DNA of 64,000 nucleotides from Nitrospinaceae bacterium (lineage in GTDB: Bacteria; Nitrospinota; Nitrospinia; Nitrospinales; Nitrospinaceae). Both the position numbers and the translations under genes were made by a program. The DNA is taken from positions 960,001 through 1,024,000 of the forward strand of contig OZ250172.1 in NCBI GenBank assembly GCA_965237905.1, written 5' to 3'. Each line of letters starts with the position of its first letter. Within the stretch, counting starts at the first letter, position 1. Shown here in pieces: positions 60,348 through 64,000 of the stretch. Under the pieces are notes generated by a model that saw only the letters and a program-made list of their open reading frames with translations, searched no databases and had not been told where the DNA came from.

Positions 60348-63245
60348 ATGGCGCCCGGATTTGGAGCCGAAGCTCCTTCAGTTCAAAATCCCATTCTTGG
60401 TTATGTTTCCGAGCAGACCGATGGTCTGAAATGGGACTATGTGGAACGGGAACAGGCGGAGGATCGGCGGGGTGGAATGGCCGGGGTCTTTTTCTACGAT
60501 TCCCTTCACCAAAAACTCCTTGAGCTGAATGACTGGATGGATGATTCCCTCGCCAAGGAAGTCATCAAGCGCATAGCGAATGTCCGCCCAACGATTGACG
60601 GCAATCAGGAACTCCTCTCATGGTTGCGGGGCCGACAATCCATTCACCACGACCAAGAAAAACGGGAGCGCAACGTAACCCTCATCGATTTCGACCATCC
60701 CGAAAACAATAGTTTTGAAGTAACCGAAGAGTGGCAATACACCAATGGCCGGTTTACCAACCGGGCAGATATTGTTTTTCTCATCAACGGGGTTCCCGTA
60801 GTTTTGGTGGAAGCCAAGGCCGCCCACAAGGAGGAAGGAGTTGCCGAGGGAGTGGAGCAAATACGCCGTTACCATGAGGAAACCCCCGAGATGGTCACCA
60901 TCAACCAGATATTTGACGTGCCCAACCTGCTCGATTGGTATTACGGAGTCACTTGGAATACCAACCGCAAGAATCTGTTCAACTGGCGGGATGAACAACC
61001 GGGAAACTATGAGCAAAAGGTAAAAGCCTTCTTTCAAAGGGATCGCATTCTTAAATTCATTCAGGATTATATTCTATTTATTAAAAGTGATGATGAACTT
61101 CAGAAATACATCCTCAGACAGCATCAGACACGGGCTATAGAAAAAGGAGTTCTACGAAGTTTGGAGGAGGAGAAGAGGACAGGATTATTCTGGCACACTC
61201 AGGGGTCCGGCAAAACCTTCACCATGATCGTTACCGCTAAAAAACTGCTGGATCAACCTGAACTGGAGAAGCCCACGGTTTTGATGTTGGTGGACCGGAA
61301 TGAACTGGAGTCTCAACTGTTTCAGAATCTGGAAGGGTATGGTTTTGGTGATGTCAAAATTATAGAAAGTAAGGCAGATTTAAAGGACACATTAAGGCAT
61401 GACCGGCGGGGTTTGATCGTCAGTATGATCCATAAATTTGAAGGTATTCCTGAAAATATCTGCACTCGGGACAATGTATTTGTACTGGTCGATGAGGCAC
61501 ATCGATCCACGGGAGGTGACTTTGGGAATTACCTCATGGCGGCCTTGCCCAATGCCACTTACTTTGGTTTCACGGGAACGCCTATCGACCAAACCGCCTA
61601 CGGGAAAGGCACTTTTAAAACCTTCGGGCGGGATGATGCCCCCAAGGGATATTTGGACAAATATAGCATGGCGGAGTCTATTGAGGATGGCACCACTCTG
61701 CCCCTCCATTACACCCTTGCCCCAAACGATATGCTGGTAAATCAGGAAACCTTGAGCAAGGAATTTCTCGATCTGGCGGAATCTCAGGGGGTCAGTGACG
61801 TGGAAGAGTTGAACCGCATTCTGGAGCGGGCCGTTACCCTGAAAACGCAAATGAAGGCTCATGATCGGATAGAAAAGGTAGCGGGATTCGTGGCCAAGCA
61901 TTTTCGGGAAAATGTGGAACCCATGGGCTACAAGGCATTTTTGGTTGGGGTGGACCGGGAAGCCTGTGCTTTATATAAAAAGGCTCTTGACCAGCATCTA
62001 CCAGCGGAATACAGCCGCGTGGTTTACTCTCCCAGTCATAATGACAGAGCTTTACTGAAGGAATTTCATCTAAGCATTCAGGAGGAAAAGGATATTCGCA
62101 AGGCATTCAAGCGAAAGTCTGACCTTCCAAAAATTTTAATCATAACGGATAAGCTGTTGACCGGCTTTAACGCACCCCTTCTGTACTGCATGTACCTTGA
62201 CAAACCCATGAGGGATCATGTTTTATTGCAATGCATCGCACGGGTCAACCGACCCTATGAGGACTCGGATGGATTAAAAAAACCAGTGGGATTTATTCTG
62301 GATTTTGTGGGCATTTTTGAAAAGCTGGATAAAGCACTGGCCTTTGATTCAGATGAAGTTTCGAGCGTGATTCAGGACATTGATCTAATCAGAAATGAAT
62401 TTGAAAAACTGATGAAAGACCGGGCCGGTGAATATTTAAAGTTGGTGAAAGGAAAATCAACGGACAAAGATTTTGAAGAGGCGGTTGAGTTTTTCGCTCA
62501 GAAAGAAAAGCGGGATGAGTTTTTCAAACTCTTCAAGACCATTGAATCCTTCTATGAAATCCTTTCGCCGGATGCGTTTTTAGGACCTTTCATTGAAGAC
62601 TACAATAATCTGGCCCGGCTTTATTTTTCCATCCGCAACGCCTATAAGAAGCGAATATATGTTGACCGGGAACTCATGGCCAAAACCAAGGAATTGGTTC
62701 GCCAAAACGTATCCGCCGAAGGGTTCACAGGAGCCCTCCCCATTCAGACTATCGATGAGAATACACTGACCGCCTTAAAGCAATCGAAGAGCACCAATCA
62801 CGTCAAAGTGATTAATCTCATCAAAACAATTCGTATTACGATTGATGATGAAGGCGGAGATAATCCCTTTTTGATCTCCATAGGAGAAAGAGCGGATGCC
62901 ATTGCCGAAATGTACGAGGACCGGCAATTGAACACAGAAAAAGCCCTTCGCAAACTGGAAGTATTAATCCGGGAATATAATGAAGCCCTGCAAGAATGGA
63001 AGAAAAAGGGGCTAGATATAGATACCTTTTCCATTTACTGGTTGTTGCAGAAATCAGGATTAAAAAAAGCTGAAAAACTGGCTGTGGAGGTCAACGCTGT
63101 ATTTAACTCCAATCCTAATTGGAAGGTGAACGGCAATGAGTTTCGTATTCTTAAAAGGGGATTGTATAAGGTTTTGATGAAGCCGGTGGGAAAGGACAGA
63201 ATCAAGCAAGTGACGGATCAGCTTTTGCGGGTTAGAAAAGGATGA
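60348..63245 (+). CDS. hsdR: Type I R-M restriction subunit
   Basis: DIVFLINGVPVVLVEAK nuclease motif, HTQGSGKT, DEAH, FTGTP, QCIARVNR. Confidence 0.95.
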   Translation: MAPGFGAEAPSVQNPILGYVSEQTDGLKWDYVEREQAEDRRGGMAGVFFYDSLHQKLLELNDWMDDSLAKEVIKRIANVRPTIDGNQELLSWLRGRQSIHHDQEKRERNVTLIDFDHPENNSFEVTEEWQYTNGRFTNRADIVFLINGVPVVLVEAKAAHKEEGVAEGVEQIRRYHEETPEMVTINQIFDVPNLLDWYYGVTWNTNRKNLFNWRDEQPGNYEQKVKAFFQRDRILKFIQDYILFIKSDDELQKYILRQHQTRAIEKGVLRSLEEEKRTGLFWHTQGSGKTFTMIVTAKKLLDQPELEKPTVLMLVDRNELESQLFQNLEGYGFGDVKIIESKADLKDTLRHDRRGLIVSMIHKFEGIPENICTRDNVFVLVDEAHRSTGGDFGNYLMAALPNATYFGFTGTPIDQTAYGKGTFKTFGRDDAPKGYLDKYSMAESIEDGTTLPLHYTLAPNDMLVNQETLSKEFLDLAESQGVSDVEELNRILERAVTLKTQMKAHDRIEKVAGFVAKHFRENVEPMGYKAFLVGVDREACALYKKALDQHLPAEYSRVVYSPSHNDRALLKEFHLSIQEEKDIRKAFKRKSDLPKILIITDKLLTGFNAPLLYCMYLDKPMRDHVLLQCIARVNRPYEDSDGLKKPVGFILDFVGIFEKLDKALAFDSDEVSSVIQDIDLIRNEFEKLMKDRAGEYLKLVKGKSTDKDFEEAVEFFAQKEKRDEFFKLFKTIESFYEILSPDAFLGPFIEDYNNLARLYFSIRNAYKKRIYVDRELMAKTKELVRQNVSAEGFTGALPIQTIDENTLTALKQSKSTNHVKVINLIKTIRITIDDEGGDNPFLISIGERADAIAEMYEDRQLNTEKALRKLEVLIREYNEALQEWKKKGLDIDTFSIYWLLQKSGLKKAEKLAVEVNAVFNSNPNWKVNGNEFRILKRGLYKVLMKPVGKDRIKQVTDQLLRVRKG

Positions 63246-63589
63246 AAGTGGCTATCAACAAGGAATCGATCAAGAAAAAAGCCAAAGCGGCTAAACCGTG
63301 GACCGACAAGGCGGGATTAAAATCTCGTGTCCGGGAGTGGGAAAAGAAAATTAAGGTTGATGTTAGGGAGGTCCATATTCGGGATATGCGGAATAAGTGG
63401 GCTTCCATAACCACCGATGGGGGCCGGTTGACATTGAATAGGGAGTTGCTCAGGCATCCCTCTGATTTTGCCGATTACGTGATTGTGCATGAGTTGATTC
63501 ATTTAAAGGTCCCTAATCACGGAAAACTCTTCAAAAGCCTAATGACCATCCACCTTCCAAAATGGGGAAATTATTCAAATACTAAATAA
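63242..63589 (+). CDS. YgjP/M48-like metallopeptidase (short form)
   Basis: MRNKWAS...DYVIVHELIHLKVPNHG; ATGA overlap with hsdR. Confidence 0.85.
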   Translation: MKVAINKESIKKKAKAAKPWTDKAGLKSRVREWEKKIKVDVREVHIRDMRNKWASITTDGGRLTLNRELLRHPSDFADYVIVHELIHLKVPNHGKLFKSLMTIHLPKWGNYSNTK

Positions 63590-63610
63590 TTAACTTTAAA
63601 GGAATTATTT

Positions 63611-64000
63611 ATGGGGTCTCATGATTTAGAAAACATAAAAAGCATTATTAATAAAGAGGGGTATCAAATTGAGGATGAGAAAAGGCTAGGGAATAATACA
63701 GGCTCTCAATTGCGATTAAAAAGTGGTGAAATCATCAATATTTATGATAAAGGCACAATACAATTTCAAGGAACCCAAAATGGTGCTCTGGAGGCCCTTA
63801 TTAAAGGAGAAGGAAGGTCTTCTGGACCAAAGCATTTACCAAAAGAAAATCGAAAGGTTTTTATTGTTTACGGCCATGATGAAAATGCTAAATGCGAATT
63901 GGAAGCGATGCTGAGAAGGTGGGAAATCAATCCTATATTTTTGGATCAATTGCCATCAGAAGGCCAGACTATAATTGAAAAATTGGGAAAATACAGAGCT
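63611..64000 (+). CDS. TIR-like nucleotide-binding protein (CAP12/Pycsar-effector-type TIR), partial
   Basis: Not in the ORF track (open at the edge). Translates MGSHDLENIK...KVFIVYGHDENAKCELEAMLRRWEINPIFLDQLPSEGQTIIEKL. Confidence 0.85.
   Translation, partial: MGSHDLENIKSIINKEGYQIEDEKRLGNNTGSQLRLKSGEIINIYDKGTIQFQGTQNGALEALIKGEGRSSGPKHLPKENRKVFIVYGHDENAKCELEAMLRRWEINPIFLDQLPSEGQTIIEKLGKYRA

Larger units (their letters stand above)
49927..64000. mobile_element. tRNA-Lys-integrated genomic island (continues past the right edge)
   Basis: att fragment adjacent to integrase, excisionase-like HTH, Rep and defence cargo; visibly more AT-rich than the giant gene. Confidence 0.88.

Noticed and set aside
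63723..63914. 63-aa ORF from the track
   Set aside because: Out-of-frame overlap with the TIR gene starting at 63611.
50143..64000. Complete prophage
   Set aside because: No capsid, portal, large terminase, tail or lysis genes in the window.
1..64000. Taxonomic assignment of the host
   Set aside because: No marker genes are present; content only suggests a Gram-negative bacterium.

Overview
The window has three parts. (1) 1-42.5 kb is one giant minus-strand LEPR-XLL/RTX-type exoprotein locus of >14,100 codons that runs off the left edge. Its 3' 33 kb (33029 to <1, >11,000 codons) is missing from the ORF track because it has no stop in the window. Two small frame breaks (~38067, ~33025) split it into three ORFs. 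Hand translation shows a ~660-bp tandem-repeat stalk, an alpha/beta-hydrolase domain, a peptidoglycan-binding domain fused to a degenerate MepA-like peptidase, long beta-solenoid-type repeats, RTX/Calx-beta-like repeats, lectin-like domains, a metzincin motif and an acidic tail. (2) 42.5-49.8 kb holds DUF3467 with a structured 5' leader, a 279-aa unknown protein, MscS and an internally duplicated 1378-aa membrane protein. (3) 49.9-64 kb is an element integrated at a tRNA-Lys(CTT) 3' fragment. It encodes a tyrosine integrase, an excisionase-like HTH, a Rep_trans-like initiator, an HTH, a C-protein-like regulator with a C-box-like operator, a Sel1 protein, and a defence cassette (type I R-M with frameshifted hsdS, Mrr, M48 peptidase, partial TIR protein). 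All family calls are motif recognition by eye; no searches were run.
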